DNA of 63,822 nucleotides, filler included, from Octopus bimaculoides (GCF_001194135.2; 6 parts of 5 records of this genome joined end to end with filler, not necessarily neighbours in it); one strand, 5' to 3'. Positions 25,311 to 39,208 are shown, counted from the whole stretch's first letter. The notes: generated by a model from the sequence alone, not told the origin. Translations and numbers: made by a program.

Positions 25311-26987
25311 CAGGAAAGTTTAATTGGTCGTAATGGAATGTGTGGTTCGAAGGTGTTTGCGTTGGCATTTCAAGTTATTTTTCTGGATTGTTTTGTCGTT
25401 TAACAGACCTATGTTGAAGAGTGTTCTAACCATGACCATCCCATTTATACTTTTCAAGCATAGAGTGTCTAGAACTACATTATCAAATGTGTTTTAAGCA
25501 CAGTCTTACCTTTTCAGTGACCTCTGTCTTATGAAATTAAGACATGGACAAACGTCTCCGAATTTTGTGAGACGGGCGCCTCAACCCTCGCCTCAATTCA
25601 TCATATAGGGCTGTTATGTAGATCGAATGTTTTTTTTATCGATCTTTGCTGTTGTTGCTGATTGACTAGAGGCGGTTTTTAACGTAACTCACCTTCTTCT
25701 ATATTTACACTTTGCTGTAAAACCCAACGCTACTCCAAAGTTCACGGTACATAATGAAGATTATTATTAAGGCAGTAGAGCCAGATAGATCTGTAGACNN
25801 NNNNNNNNNNNNNNNNNNNNNNNNNNNNNNNNNNNNNNNNNNNNNNNNNNNNNNNNNNNNNNNNNNNNNNNNNNNNNNNNNNNNNNNNNNNNNNNNNNNN
25901 NNNNNNNNNNNNNNNNNNNNNNNNNNNNNNNNNNNNNNNNNNNNNNNNNNNNNNNNNNNNNNNNNNNNNNNNNNNNNNNNNNNNNNNNNNNNNNNNNNNN
26001 NNNNNNNNNNNNNNNNNNNNNNNNNNNNNNNNNNNNNNNNNNNNNNNNNNNNNNNNNNNNNNNNNNNNNNNNNNNNNNNNNNNNNNNNNNNNNNNNNNNN
26101 NNNNNNNNNNNNNNNNNNNNNNNNNNNNNNNNNNNNNNNNNNNNNNNNNNNNNNNNNNNNNNNNNNNNNNNNNNNNNNNNNNNNNNNNAACGCCTAGTTT
26201 AGAATAGAGGCAGCTGATGAAGGAAAAGTTCCATATGTGGCTCGTCTGTTTTCCTATGCGTTCCTTCTGTTTGTAAAAAAAGTCCGTTTTTGTGCTTTAT
26301 GTTCCCGTTCTTTTTCTGACGTCCTGTACCCGGATATGCATCTATATATACATGTAGATGTAGGTATGTACATATACGCATGTATACATGCATATGCTCA
26401 TATATCATTTGTATTATTATATTATCGAACGCGACGCGTCCATTTGCAAGTAGGTTTTAACTTTATATATATATATATATATGTATATATATACATGTGT
26501 GTGTAAATAAAATGAAAAATAGACATTGTGTTCAGGGTATTACCAACGAGTAAAAAATACATAAATACACGAGAGAAAAGTACAGGACAAAATACCCAAA
26601 GAAGATAGCTCCTCATCAGTTGTCGGAGTGTTTCTTACTCCCTATTTCGTGCTTTTAACGACAATGTAGGGAAACTTCATAAGACAGCAGCATCCAAACA
26701 CACACCGATGATCGTTTTAGAATATATATTCATATAAAACACATCGATTATCAGAGTAATACTGAGACATATGTTGTGTAGATATATTCACAGTTATTTA
26801 TTCGAAAGCGTGAACTGTGGAGACTACAGACAGTGTGAAAACATGCTGTAGTAGAAAGAAAAATAAGTGTGAATCTACTTATAGAGCTCTTTCGGGGTGA
26901 AGTGGGGGGGGGATTGTCTCTTTCAGACAAAATGCACATTTATTGAACTAGATATTTAAATCATGGCCTCCCAAGACCGACGGATGC

Positions 26988-26988
26988 A

Positions 26989-27043
<55 letters not shown>
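26988..27043. repeat. (TAC)n microsatellite
   Basis: Seen directly. Confidence 0.9.
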
Positions 27044-27044
<1 letters not shown>

Positions 27045-28894
27045 TATAACTTCTAAAGAATTAATAGTGTGTCTTAATACTTTTAATACGATCGCTGCCA
27101 TAATTTCTTGTAATAAACATGTATAGACACGCGCGCACTTACACACACATACACACGCTTACACACACGTGTGTACGACGAACATTTCTGATATCTACCA
27201 AATCCCGTTTGCAAAACATTGGGGGACGGAAGAATTGAGTAGAAGGCGCTTACCCAAAGTGTAACGTAGTGCATTCAATCTCTTAGTTTTCTTAAAACTT
27301 GTTTAGCTCAATTTCAGCCGTGATCCAGCGGACCTGTCCGCAGAGACGCTCTAATTCTGACCATTCCGTCTCTTTGTACGTTCATCATTGTCCAAAGTAT
27401 CTTTCGATTGTTTTTGAAGATTGTTTGGTGTTATTTAACGATCTGGCTTCTGTTTCCTGACATGTTTAGTGACCAGGTAACGGCTCCATCGTATTGGCTC
27501 CCAATCACTTCTATTGTTGTTGTTGTAGTTCACTCCCTTATCCAAATCGCACACTCACATGCCCCCCCCCCTTACATATATCGTATTGACATGTCTATAC
27601 GTCGTCCCCTAATTTAATGTTAGATCTTGGTACAGAATTCTTTACCTTCATAGATTTAGCTTTGCTCCGCCTATTATCAATTAGAATCACGTATAAAATT
27701 GTGCGACTTACACACGAGTAAATACGCTACGTGTATATAAATGTATGTGTGTGTGTATGTGTCCTAGATATATAAAAGACATGATAGTCTCGACTCTTTT
27801 CTTTTAAACCTCCAATTCAGCCTTGTTCCAGCAAACCTCTGGTCAAAGACATTCCTGCGTAGACTTTTTTTTTTCCTTCATGTGTTATCCTTACAGAAAA
27901 GGAGCGACAGGGCATGGAACTTGACGAAAATATAGCTACTATTTACAGCCCCTCAAAAGACTGTACAGAAACTTCCTCGTCCATTTGTTGAAAAAGCTTG
28001 CACGTTTCTTTGCATATTTTAAACAATAAACATATTTTCACGAAAACCTGAAAATCGAGATAGAGATAGAAAAATAATTTTGCAGACATGTTAAAGAAAA
28101 GTTGTGTTTTTTAGCTCATAAATCTGACAAAAAGAAAAAGAAGAATACAACAATTGTTTTGTTGTTATTCACGTCATTTAGAATTATTTCAAATCATTTG
28201 CCAGCCTTATCACATTCTCTCATTTCTATCCATTTTATCATTGTGTTCGTTTCCTTCTCTTTATCTTTCTCTCCTCGTATCTGCCTCTCCCTTTTTGTGT
28301 TCTGTATCTGTCTCTAGTTGTATGTTTGTCTCTCTTTGCACCTATCTGTTTTTCTTATATTTTCTCTCACTATCCCTTTGCACCTGTTTATCTCTCTATG
28401 TATCTATATATCTATCTCTTTTTGGTATCTACCTTTCTCTTTTTTCGTACCCCTCTCTCTCTCTTTGTACCCGTTTGTCTCTTATATGTCTCTATCTATC
28501 TATCTTTGTCCCCGTCTACTTCTCTCTCTTCGTTTCTCTCTACGTTTGTCTGTCTCTCTCAGCTTTGTATCTGTTTCTATCTGTTTACCCTTTCTCCCCC
28601 CCCCTCTCTCTCTCCGAATATTTGGATCACTCAGGAAAGGGGAATTTCCAGCGTGGCTCGGACTTCTGGAAAGAACGGTTACATCAAGCATTTTGTGCAG
28701 TTTTTGGTTGTGAGACACAAGTAACGAAGTTAATGAATAGACTGCATGGATTACTATCTCAGAGGTATTAAGCAGTGCAACCTCTGCACTTGTAATACTA
28801 TCATGGCGTTTGTTGTTTAGTCCAGAGTCAGATCCCTGATGGTGGGGGTGGGTTTTCAGTTTTACACAATTTTTTTTTTGTCTCTCCATGCTGA

Positions 28895-29033
28895 ACAATT
28901 TTTAGTCGAATGAATTATTTTTTAAGACTAGTACCTATTTTATCGGTCTCTTTGGCCGAACCGCTAAGTCACGGAGACGTAAACACAACAACACCGGTGG
29001 TGAGGAACAAACAAAGACACAAAGACACACCCA

Positions 29034-29080
<47 letters not shown>

Positions 29081-29645
29081 GACGGGCTTCTTTCAGTTTC
29101 CGTTTACTAAATCCACTCACATGGCTTTGGTTGCTCCGAGGCTATAGGAGAGAACACTCGCCCAAGGTGTCATGCTGTGGGACTGAACCCGGAACCATGA
29201 GGTTGGGAAGCAAGCTTCTTATCACACAACTACGCCTGGTTATGGTTATATAGCATTCTTCTTTTATTTTTATTTTTGGAGTTAAAGGAACAAATTTCAA
29301 GACCAGTTATATAGCTTGTGACCATTTCTGTGGAAATATACAAAACTATAACCTGTAGCTGTGGAACACTTATCTTTGGATTGCGGCCATGTTGGGGCAC
29401 CGCTTTGAAGAATTTTAGTCGAATGACTAAACCTGGTTTAGTTTTTCAAACCTGGTATTTATTCTATCGAGATCTTTTTGGCGAACCGCAAGTTACACAG
29501 ACATAAATACACCGACACTGGTTGTCAAGCAGTGGTGGACAAACGCAAAGGCACCCCCTCCCTTCTGCACACATATATTCGACGGGCTTCTTTCCGTTTC
29601 CGCCTACCAAATCCACCCACAAGGCTTTGGCTGGCCCGAGGCTAC
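28895..29645 (-). mobile_element. Two adjacent SINE family A copies (28895-29240, 29345-29645)
   Basis: Homology to family A. Confidence 0.8.
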
Positions 29646-29869
29646 ACACGTACATTAAGCCCTTCGCTCTCCATAGAGCATAGGCTATCGACGACTTTTC
29701 TTCCTTGATTTCGTCTCTCTGCTCTTTTCTGTTTCTCTCCAATTGATTCCCAGCTTTTTCAGGTTTGTCTCAATATCCCGCCGCCCTAATTGAAGGCCTT
29801 TCGTTCCTAAGTTTTGTTGGTTTTGAATTGCCATCGATGCTTCTGTGACTTTGCGTTTTTGTTTCTAAG

Positions 29870-30150
29870 TAGGGCTGCTTGGCCTACACAAACCCATTTT
29901 TACCTCTGGTGGTTCATATTAGTCTGGTCTCTATCCTTTGACCAGTCCAGTATGAGAGGCCCCACAAAGAGCTTACGCTCCTCTGTATGGCTTTCGGGGT
30001 TATTGAGACACAGACCACCTCATGTTCGGAGTTGGTATCCATTACAGCCCTGACTGCAGCCGACCGTCGGATGTGGTCAGCCTTCGTGAGCGACGTGGTG
30101 CATTCGTTGGTCGCAGCTGGTCCGGGTTGATGCTGTCGCAAGTACGAGTA
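29870..30150 (+). mobile_element. 3' end of a second RTE-group LINE
   Basis: FDQSSMRGPTKS... and ..AADRRMWSAFVSDVVHSLVAAGPG*, followed by a CAAGTACGAGTAAG tail, as in RTE 3' termini. Confidence 0.55.
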
Positions 30151-31344
30151 AGCAGTACAAACCGCCACACCGTAACAAAAACTGTATTTTGTTTGTGACG
30201 CGTTCATTTGTTTGAATTTTACTGCCAACAGATTAAACTATGGAACGAAATCGAAGACATAATCCGATATATTCAACATAATGAAGCAAGTTCAAGTGTT
30301 GTGCATTAGATAACTTTAACTGTGGGTCGAAATCAGAGACATTGACATAATAATGTAAGAATGCTGGGAATTTATGCTATAAATTTACACGTCAAATTAG
30401 AAAACAGAACATTTATAAAACACGTAATGTCCTCATACCTCGCTAACTTATTGATTACATAAGATGTCTCTTAGGTCAAATTTCATTGTTTACAAAAATA
30501 AGTAAATAAATGAAACTAGCGGTGCTCCAGCATCGCCACAGATTTAGGGCTGAAACGTATATAAGAATAAAATTTTAAAATTGTGATCACGGCTTGAGCC
30601 CCCTTGGTTTATTCGATTGGCGCTTGTCTGGGGCTAAAATAATTACATGTAGGACTGCTCTGTAATCACATACATACATGCCACAACTTATGCCATTTCG
30701 AGTTGTATCTTTCGCGACTTTACTTTTGGTTTTTATTAAGAAATAATTTTCAAAATCAGTTCATTTATGTGACTTTACGTCTGTCTCAGCGAACATATCT
30801 AAAGGTTTAAAAACAACATTTGAAGAGGCAAATCAAATAGAATACATGTGAAAATATGTACAAACCACTTATTAAAACAGATATGAGCTTATAAATGTTT
30901 AAAAATAGTTATTCGTGTTACGTCGTTTTTCGATTTAAGTCGCGTCAATTGGAGCCAATTACCATCCTAAATTGAGGTATGCCTGTATATTCTATAATGG
31001 CGTTCCATGTAATTTTAACATTTGTATTTTGTATTTTACATTTGGGGTAAACAATCCTGGTGATAGTCAAATTGTACAATTTGTCATGTTCATATATGTA
31101 TGTGTTGTGTTGACGTCACGCAATCTACAAGTGGGTGAGGGTTGGTAGAAGATAAAGAGGAATATTTCTTCCTACCTCTTCACCTCCCACCAACACTTGA
31201 AACAATGCACAAACAACTAGAATATCCGGGTTTCCTGTGTCGCTTGTGTTCTCGACCAGATGATAATAGGCCAGAAATGCGATGTTTTTCAAGCCATTCC
31301 AGAAGGCAGAAACAGACGTTAAAGAATGATAATTATAATCCTTC

Positions 31345-31614
31345 GTACTATAGGCGCAAAGAGTAAGCCGATTATATCGACCCCAGTGCTCAACTGGTAC
31401 TTATTTCATCGACCCCAAAAGGATGAAAAGCAAAGTCGACCTCGGCGGAATTTGAACCCAAAAGGTAAACACGGACGAAATCCTGCTAAACATTTTGTCT
31501 GGTATGCTAACGTGTCTGCCTTCTCTCCCACCTTAACAATAATAATAATAATAATAATAATTTTCATTTCAAAGTTTCAGCTCAGAGCTGCGGCCATGCT
31601 GATGCACCACCGTA

Positions 31615-31655
<41 letters not shown>

Positions 31656-31775
31656 CCTCTCCTTTCATCCTTTCGGGGTCGATAGATTAAGTACCAGTTG
31701 CGTACTGGGGTCGATCTAATCGACTGGTTACCCCACCCCTGCCAAATTTCAGGTCTTGTGCCTAGAGTAGAAAAT
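31345..31775. mobile_element. SINE family B copies (31345-31535 minus, 31655-31775 plus) with (AAT)n tails
   Basis: Family B core sequence. Confidence 0.75.
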
Positions 31776-31814
31776 AATAATAATAATCCTCTCTACTAAT
31801 GGCACAAGGCCTGA

Positions 31815-31857
<43 letters not shown>

Positions 31858-31873
31858 GTTTCAAATTTTAGCA

Positions 31874-32148
31874 CAGTGGTTCCCAACCCTTTTATTTAAA
31901 TGAGTTTATCCACGAACCCCTTTTAATATGCTTATCCTTATGTGTGTATACATATATATACAGGGTGTCCACAAAGTCTGGATACATGGAGTAAATAAAA
32001 TCATAACATAAACAATTAAATATAAGAAATAATTTCTTAAAGTGTGTCAACCCCATTTACCCAGACTTTGTGGACACCCTGTATATAAAATTTTGAATTT
32101 AGTTCACAGACCCCCAGCCCCTTTGCGGCCCCAGGTTGGGAACCACTG
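31874..32148. mobile_element. hAT (Charlie-like) MITE
   Basis: Perfect 15 bp TIRs CAGTGGTTCCCAACC / GGTTGGGAACCACTG. 8 bp TSD TTTTAGCA at 31866-31873 and 32149-32156. Confidence 0.92.
31961..32081. mobile_element. Tc1/mariner-type MITE nested in the hAT MITE
   Basis: About 29 bp TIRs CAGGGTGTCCACAAAGTCTGG..., with TA on both sides. Confidence 0.9.
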
Positions 32149-32391
32149 TTTTAGCACAAGGCCAGCAAGTTCAGGGCAGGGGATAAGTCGATAACATCAA
32201 CCCTAGTGCACGACTGGTGTTTATTTTATCGACCCCGCCTTCATAAAAAAGGGAAAATTTGACCTCGGCGGCATTTGAACCCAGAACGGAAAGATGGATG
32301 AAATGCCTCTAAGCATTTTGCCCGGTGCGGTAACCACTCTACCAACTCGCCGCCTTACTCAGGAATGATAATAATAATAATAACGGTATAT

Positions 32392-32720
32392 CATTTACCT
32401 GTTTCAGTCATTGGACTCTGGCTATGCTGGAGCACCGCCATGACGGGTTTAGTCGAACAGATCAATCTCTTTCGTAGAACCGTTAAATTCGGGGACGTAA
32501 ACAAACCGACATTGGTTGTCAAACGTTAGGAGACAAACACAAAGACATGCATGCATTCACACAAACATATATATATATTTATATATGATGGGCTTCCATA
32601 CAGTTTCCCTCGGCCCGAGGGTATAGTAGAAGACACTTGCTCAAAAGGGGCCGTGCAATGGGACCGAACTAGAAACCGCGTGGTTGCAAAGCGAGCCTAA
32701 CCACACAGCCATGCTTGCGC
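32392..32720 (-). mobile_element. SINE family A copy
   Basis: Homology to family A. Confidence 0.8.
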
Positions 32721-32734
32721 GCGCGTGCACATAC

Positions 32735-32784
<50 letters not shown>

Positions 32785-33184
32785 TGTGTGTGTACATCTC
32801 TATTGAAGCCGCCTATTGTGATTACTTTGGAACGAAGCCTTTCCGATAACAATATCTAGCTAATGGTATTCAACAAATAAAGTGCTCGGGGACTAATTTT
32901 ACTGATAACATTATCCGTAATTATAAGCGGTTTTCGTTGTATATTTCACTCCTGCCCACTTTCACGGCGATTACATTTCCAACCACTCCTATTAAAATCA
33001 CTTTGCCACGTGTGCGTATGCGAACTCGTTCCTGTATCTAATCCAGGAAACTTTAAATATTTATCTGTATACTAACCGACTTTGTTGGTCACATAACAAT
33101 TTCACATTCTCCTCTAATAAGACTACGAGCCTCTGAAAACAACAGCCAAATCTCGTCCCGATACACTTTAGTTATCTCACCCCC

Positions 33185-33551
33185 ATTAAAAAATTGGGTT
33201 ATCTCCCCCTCGTTTTACGAGAAATATCGGAACTTTTGGCTATCTCCTTCAACTAAAAAAATTGTTTAACCCTCAATAAAAGCGAAAAAATTACTAAACA
33301 TAAAAAGTGAAACGATGAAACATCGTTATGAAACAAAACTGAAGAAAATTAATAAGCACGGAAACTGAAAAAATTCAGCATCTTACTGAATCTGACAATA
33401 TTTTAATGACAAATCATACCATTCCTTTTGAGGAGACGACCAAATGTTAACAATGTGTTGAAGAATTGAATCAAAAAGATCTCTTTTAATCCAATCTCCT
33501 GTCGCCACATTAACTCAATTTTTTAGTGGGGAGATAACCCAATTTTTTAAT
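33185..33551. mobile_element. Probable MITE bounded by 24 bp inverted repeats
   Basis: ATTAAAAAATTGGGTTATCTCCCC (33185-33208) and its reverse complement (33528-33551). Confidence 0.55.
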
Positions 33552-33581
33552 AACCAAAAGGTACCCTCCTCCCTTCATTTC

Positions 33582-33690
33582 ACACTACACCTTATTATTA
33601 CACCTTATTACAAAAATTATTACACCTTATTACACCTTATTACAAAAATTATTACACCTTATTACAAAAATCACACCTTATTAGAAAAAA
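33582..33690. repeat. Short minisatellite (TACACCTTAT / TACAAAAATTAT units)
   Basis: Seen directly. Confidence 0.75.
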
Positions 33691-33904
33691 GACGGGTTAC
33701 GTTAAGCTCTGTGATGAAACCATAGGGGACTGTTAAGATGAATAAACCATATTAAACATTAGTCCACTTGTGTGTTCGTCTTGTTGTCCACTCAGGTATT
33801 TGCTTTTTGTTTTTCATATAGTGTCTTACTTCGCTCTTACGTCATACATAAATCTTTCTGCTTGTCTTAACTATCTACCTTTCTGTATGTTTTATGTATT
33901 TGTC

Positions 33905-34290
33905 GTGGAGGCGTAATGGCCCAGTAGTTAGGGCAGCGGACTCGCGGTTGTAGGATCGCGGTTTCGATTCCCAGACCGGGTGTTGTGAGTGTTTATTGAG
34001 CGAAAACACCTAAAGCTCCATGAGGCTCCGGCAGGGGGTGGTGGCAAACCCTGCTGTACTCTTTCTCCACAACTTTCTCTCACTCTTACTTCCTGTTTCT
34101 GTTGTACCTGCTTTTCGAAGGGCCAGCTTTGTCACACTCTGTGTCACGCTGAATATCCTCGAGAACTACGTTAAGGGTACACGTGTCTGTGGAGTGCTCA
34201 GCCACCTACACGTTAATTTCACGAGCAGGCTGTTCCGTTGATCGGATCAACTGGAACCCTCGTTGTCGTAACCGACGGAATGCCACGATA
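33905..34290 (+). mobile_element. SINE family C, full length, tRNA-derived
   Basis: Head GGCGTAATGGCCCAGTAGTTAGGGCAGCGGACTCGCGG...GGTTTCGATTCCC carries A and B boxes. The 3' part has a second copy at 23405-23540. Confidence 0.8.
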
Positions 34291-34679
34291 GTTTTACCTA
34301 TCTATCTATCAATCTGTTTGTCTGTTTCGCCCTCTCTTCCTTCCCTCTCCCTCCCCTATTATTTTGCTGCCATTTGAGCTGATCACCACCTATTTGTCTG
34401 TCTATCTGTACATTTCGTTTTCTCCTGTCTCTTCTCTGCATCATTAGAACGAGGGTGAGGGAGTGTCTATTTGGAAAAATCGATCTTCTAGAAATAATAA
34501 TCAAAGCTTTCTCAAACCACACCTTACTCTCCTAAAAGAAAAGACACATTAGATAATTCCTACGAACATTATTCCTAAAGTTGCTTTAGATCCGAGTTCC
34601 TCATTCTTGGGTCGGCGGAGTTGGTGGAGGAAGGCGAGATTGAAACAGGAACTGAGAATTGCCGTCTTTTATCTTTTAT

Positions 34680-35045
34680 TTCAAACGTTGAATTGCGGCC
34701 ATGCTGAGGCACTGTCTTGACGAATTTTAGTAGAACAGATCAACCCCGGTAAGTATTAAGTCTGGCACTTATTCTATCGGTCGCTTTTGTCGAACTGTCA
34801 AGTTATGGGAACATAAACAAACCAACAACGGTTATCAAGCGAGGTGTATGTGTGTGTGTGGGGGGGGAGTGACAAATACAAACATAAACACACTTACATA
34901 CGACAGGCTTCCTCACAGTTTCTGTCTACCAAATTCACTCGCAAGGCTTCGGTCAGCCAGAAGCTATCGTAGAAGACCCTTGCCCAAGGTGCCGCACGCT
35001 GGGATTGAACCCAAGACTACATGGTTTGGAAGCAAGCTTCTTAAC
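34680..35045 (-). mobile_element. SINE family A copy
   Basis: Homology to family A. Confidence 0.75.
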
Positions 35046-36704
35046 TCCATATCCACCCTTGTTTTGAACTTTTCAAACTTGCCCAACACCACGGAGAATA
35101 AAAGAGGATTATTGGTACAACTTCAGCGTGCTGTCTCTCGCCATATCCTTATTCCATGCCGTGAAATGACGACCTGATCTGGATTAGAGTTTAGAGTTAG
35201 GATTTAGGGCTAGGATTAGTCGGCGCGTTAATGACGAAGTTAGACCGCTCGCTAAAGTGGCACAGAATTATTTAGATGCAAAATCTTTTGCTTTTTTTCC
35301 AGAAGAAAAAGATAAACACTCACACGCACGCCCCCCCCCCACCCTATATTTAGAGGAGAACTTTACTTTGTCAGTTTAGTAGATACTGGCTTAGATCGTA
35401 GGTTTGCTCGAACATTGCTTGGCTTAGTGTAGAAAAACAACAGTAGCCAATTAATCACCGAGTTTATCTCTTATCTTGACACGAAAACAATGGAAAACAG
35501 AAAAATTCAGTTTGGTGTCACCCCCTCCTCTGCTCTCTCTCCTCTCTCGTTACGTAACTACCAAAAATATTTGACCTAATAATNNNNNNNNNNNNNNNNN
35601 NNNNNNNNNNNNNNNNNNNNNNNNNNNNNNNNNNNNNNNNNNNNNNNNNNNNNNNNNNNNNNNNNNNNNNNNNNNNNNNNNNNNNNNNNNNNNNNNNNNN
35701 NNNNNNNNNNNNNNNNNNNNNNNNNNNNNNNNNNNNNNNNNNNNNNNNNNNNNNNNNNNNNNNNNNNNNNNNNNNNNNNNNNNNNNNNNNNNNNNNNNNN
35801 NNNNNNNNNNNNNNNNNNNNNNNNNNNNNNNNNNNNNNNNNNNNNNNNNNNNNNNNNNNNNNNNNNNNNNNNNNNNNNNNNNNNNNNNNNNNNNNNNNNN
35901 NNNNNNNNNNNNNNNNNNNNNNNNNNNNNNNNNNNNNNNNNNNNNNNNNNNNNNNNNNNNNNNNNNNNNNNNNNNNNNNNNNNNNNNNNNNNNNNNNNNN
36001 NNNNNNNNNNNNNNNNNNNNNNNNNNNNNNNNNNNNNNNNNNNNNNNNNNNNNNNNNNNNNNNNNNNNNNNNNNNNNNNNNNNNNNNNNNNNNNNNNNNN
36101 NNNNNNNNNNNNNNNNNNNNNNNNNNNNNNNNNNNNNNNNNNNNNNNNNNNNNNNNNNNNNNNNNNNNNNNNNNNNNNNNNNNNNNNNNNNNNNNNNNNN
36201 NNNNNNNNNNNNNNNNNNNNNNNNNNNNNNNNNNNNNNNNNNNNNNCCTGAAAATGAATAAAATGGTCGCGTAGGCACCACTGAGCTCCATTGTTTCCAT
36301 GTACAAGTGGGGTGTGGACATTTCGAACTGTGGCACTGGATGTACAGTGTTTGGTGGTAGGAAATAGGGAATTCACAAAATGGAATGCTTTTAATGGCAG
36401 GGCTGCGATGATTTCATCGTCAGGTTTGTTGAATCAGGGATATCTTGAAGCAACAAACAATAAGTGTATGTGTATGTGTGCGTAGGCATCTGTTTGTAGG
36501 TGTGTGTGTGTGTGTGTGTGTTGGAAAAGCACTAGAGTTAATTTATAAGAGGAAAAAATCCTTTCAAAATATGTGAAGAAGGATTCCAGAAATGGGCGTT
36601 GTATGTATGTATCAGTATCTGTCTAGGAATTTATTGTACTACCTGTACCCTAAAATGCCGAGCATTCTACATCGAACCCACTTCATTTATTTAAAAATAA
36701 ATCC

Positions 36705-37392
36705 TGGAGGCACATACATAGCTGTGTGGCGAAGAAACTCGCTTTCCAACCGTGTGGTTTTGGGTTCGGTTCCACCGAGTGACACCTTGGGCAAATTTTT
36801 TTCATTATCTAGAACTGACCACTGCCTTGTCAGTGAATTTGGTAGGTAGGAACAGTGCGTAAGTCCGTGGTGTGTGTATGTGTATGTTTTTGACATAGCC
36901 TTGCAACCGGTGTTGGTTTGTTTACGTCCCCGTAAATTAGCGATTCGGCGAAACCAAGCGATAGACTTAGAAATAAATACGGGGGTCAGTTTTCTCGACT
37001 AAACTAAACTGAACCCTTCAATGCGGTGCTCTAGCATGGTCGTAGTTCAATGTCCGAAGCAGATAAAAGATGAATGGTACATATTTATATATATTTAGTG
37101 CTTATTTCATTTGTCAGCCGTAGATTTTGATGAATCTGTTTACTCATCAAATTAATGATGTATTGACGATATGGATGATGATGATAATGTTTATATTTTG
37201 TATGTGAAAGCAGCTGTAGAATTTAGGAATGAAATGCCGAAATATAGGTGCAGGTGTGGCTGTGTGGTAAGAAGTTTGTTTCCAGATCACATAGTTCCGT
37301 GTTCAGTCCCATTGCATGGCACTTTGGGCTAGTATTTTCTACTATCTCCTAGGGGCGACTTATTGGAAACAAAGTGAAAGAAGCCTGTCGTA
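36705..37392 (+). mobile_element. SINE family A copies (36705-37065, head 37245-37392)
   Basis: Homology to family A. Confidence 0.75.
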
Positions 37393-38846
37393 TATATATA
37401 TATATATATNNNNNNNNNNNNNNNNNNNNNNNNNNNNNNNNNNNNNNNNNNNNNNNNNNNNNNNNNNNNNNNNNNNNNNNNNNNNNNNNNNNNNNNNNNN
37501 NNNNNNNNNNNNNNNNNNNNNNNNNNNNNNNNNNNNNNNNNNNNNNNNNNNNNNNNNNNNNNNNNNNNNNNNNNNNNNNNNNNNNNNNNNNNNNNNNNNN
37601 NNNNNNNNNNNNNNNNNNNNNNNNNNNNNNNNNNNNNNNNNNNNNNNNNNNNNNNNNNNNNNNNNNNNNNNNNNNNNNNNNNNNNNNNNNNNNNNNNNNN
37701 NNNNNNNNNNNNNNNNNNNNNNNNNNNNNNNNNNNNNNNNNNNNNNNNNNNNNNNNNNNNNNNNNNNNNNNNNNNNNNNNNNNNNNNNNNNNNNNNNNNN
37801 NNNNNNNNNNNNNNNNNNNNNNNNNNNNNNNNNNNNNNNNNNNNNNNNNNNNNNNNNNNNNNNNNNNNNNNNNNNNNNNNNNNTATATATATATATATAT
37901 ATATTAAAAGTCAGGGTACAATATGCACCTGTTTGCTAGTAAGAAGAGTTAACACTCTCCAAAGCCACGCATCTCTCTCTATATGTAAACACGCACGAAG
38001 AATCTAGCAAATATACTAAAAGAAACAGCCGCCCCTCTTTGTAAAACTACAAAGAGGAGGGCAGATGTCTCTGTGTCAATTGATTTCATTTTCTGTGCCG
38101 AATTGACACTTAAAGCTCATCAGCTAGGCTTACTACGTAAGCCATTTTTAAAAATACATTTACCATTCCGTCACATATTGAGTATTTCGCATTCGATCTT
38201 TATATGATTTTATAAGAGTTTTTTAAAGATTTTTATCTGTTTATCTTCTATGAACTTTAATGGAAGCAGGATTTAAGTTACACACACGTTTCTTATATAT
38301 TATTGTATTTTACTCTGATTCGTGTAATTATTCATTTTCTAAAAATTATCGCTCCAACCTTAATTTAATTGGATTGCTTTCTACATAACCCCACGTATTT
38401 TTCCAATGATCTTACATATTTCGAAATTAAATTTCGTCCGTTTTATTTTGGTTGGCCATTTTTTCTTTGTCTCTGTCTCTGTTTTTTTTTTTGTTTGTTT
38501 GTTCCCCCGCCTTTTTTTCATACCCTCCACTGATAATACCTTTATGATTTCACTGTCTGTTATACGCTTTCCAATTGCTTCCACTTAACCTATGAACCGT
38601 TCTTATTGTCTGTCCATATTTGTTACAAGTTGCCTCCACCGTTGTCGACCATGCGTTTCATCTTTCGGGGTCGATAAAAGAAGTATGAATTGATGTAATC
38701 TACTTAATCCCTCCCACCGAAATTTCTGGCATTGTGTCAAAATTTGAAACCCATTGTAACTGTCAGTATATTTTAACTTAACTCCTATTATCCTCTTCTT
38801 TTTCCTTCTACGTGTTCATTTTTCTTCTCTAAATTTATTTATTTGT

Positions 38847-39208
38847 CTTCGCTAAGGCGGAGGCATTGTTTTCAATCGTATTTGTTTGTTTGTTTGTCCG
38901 TGAACAAGATATCTCAAGAACCACTAGATGGATTTAGATGAAACTTTCAGGGATGTTTGGCCTTGTGACTGGCACAAACTGATTAGATTTTGAGATCAAT
39001 CTGCTACCGGACAAAGATTCTGGATTATTTTTCCTGTTTTTTTTTACTTAATTTTTGAGAGTGGTCGGGTTCATTTTTAATATTCTCGTTTGTGAGAGCA
39101 TTCGAGTTTATTTCAGATATTCTCATTTTAAAAATCCTCTCTGGCTAATCATTGAGAGGACGTCTTGTGTTGCCTTGGCGGAGGTTTGCGCTCTCTGAGT
39201 GCTCTTGT
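38847..39208 (+). mobile_element. HINE/DINE-1-like non-autonomous Helentron derivative
   Basis: Subterminal inverted repeats CTTCGCTAAGGC / GCCTTGGCGGAG, a (TTTG)n tract near the 5' end and a 3' end GCGCTCTCTGAGTGCTCTTGTT. Confidence 0.55.

Larger units (their letters stand above)
31855..32360 (-). mobile_element. SINE family B copy split by a hAT MITE
   Basis: The SINE tail resumes after the TSD at 32149-32156. Confidence 0.7.

Noticed and set aside
28620-28770. SDFWKE...FGCE peptide resembling a hAT dimerisation domain or an exon
   Set aside because: Similarity is too weak and there are no convincing splice sites.
33905-33975. tRNA gene
   Set aside because: No closable acceptor stem, and it continues into a body that has a second copy in the window, so it is a SINE head.
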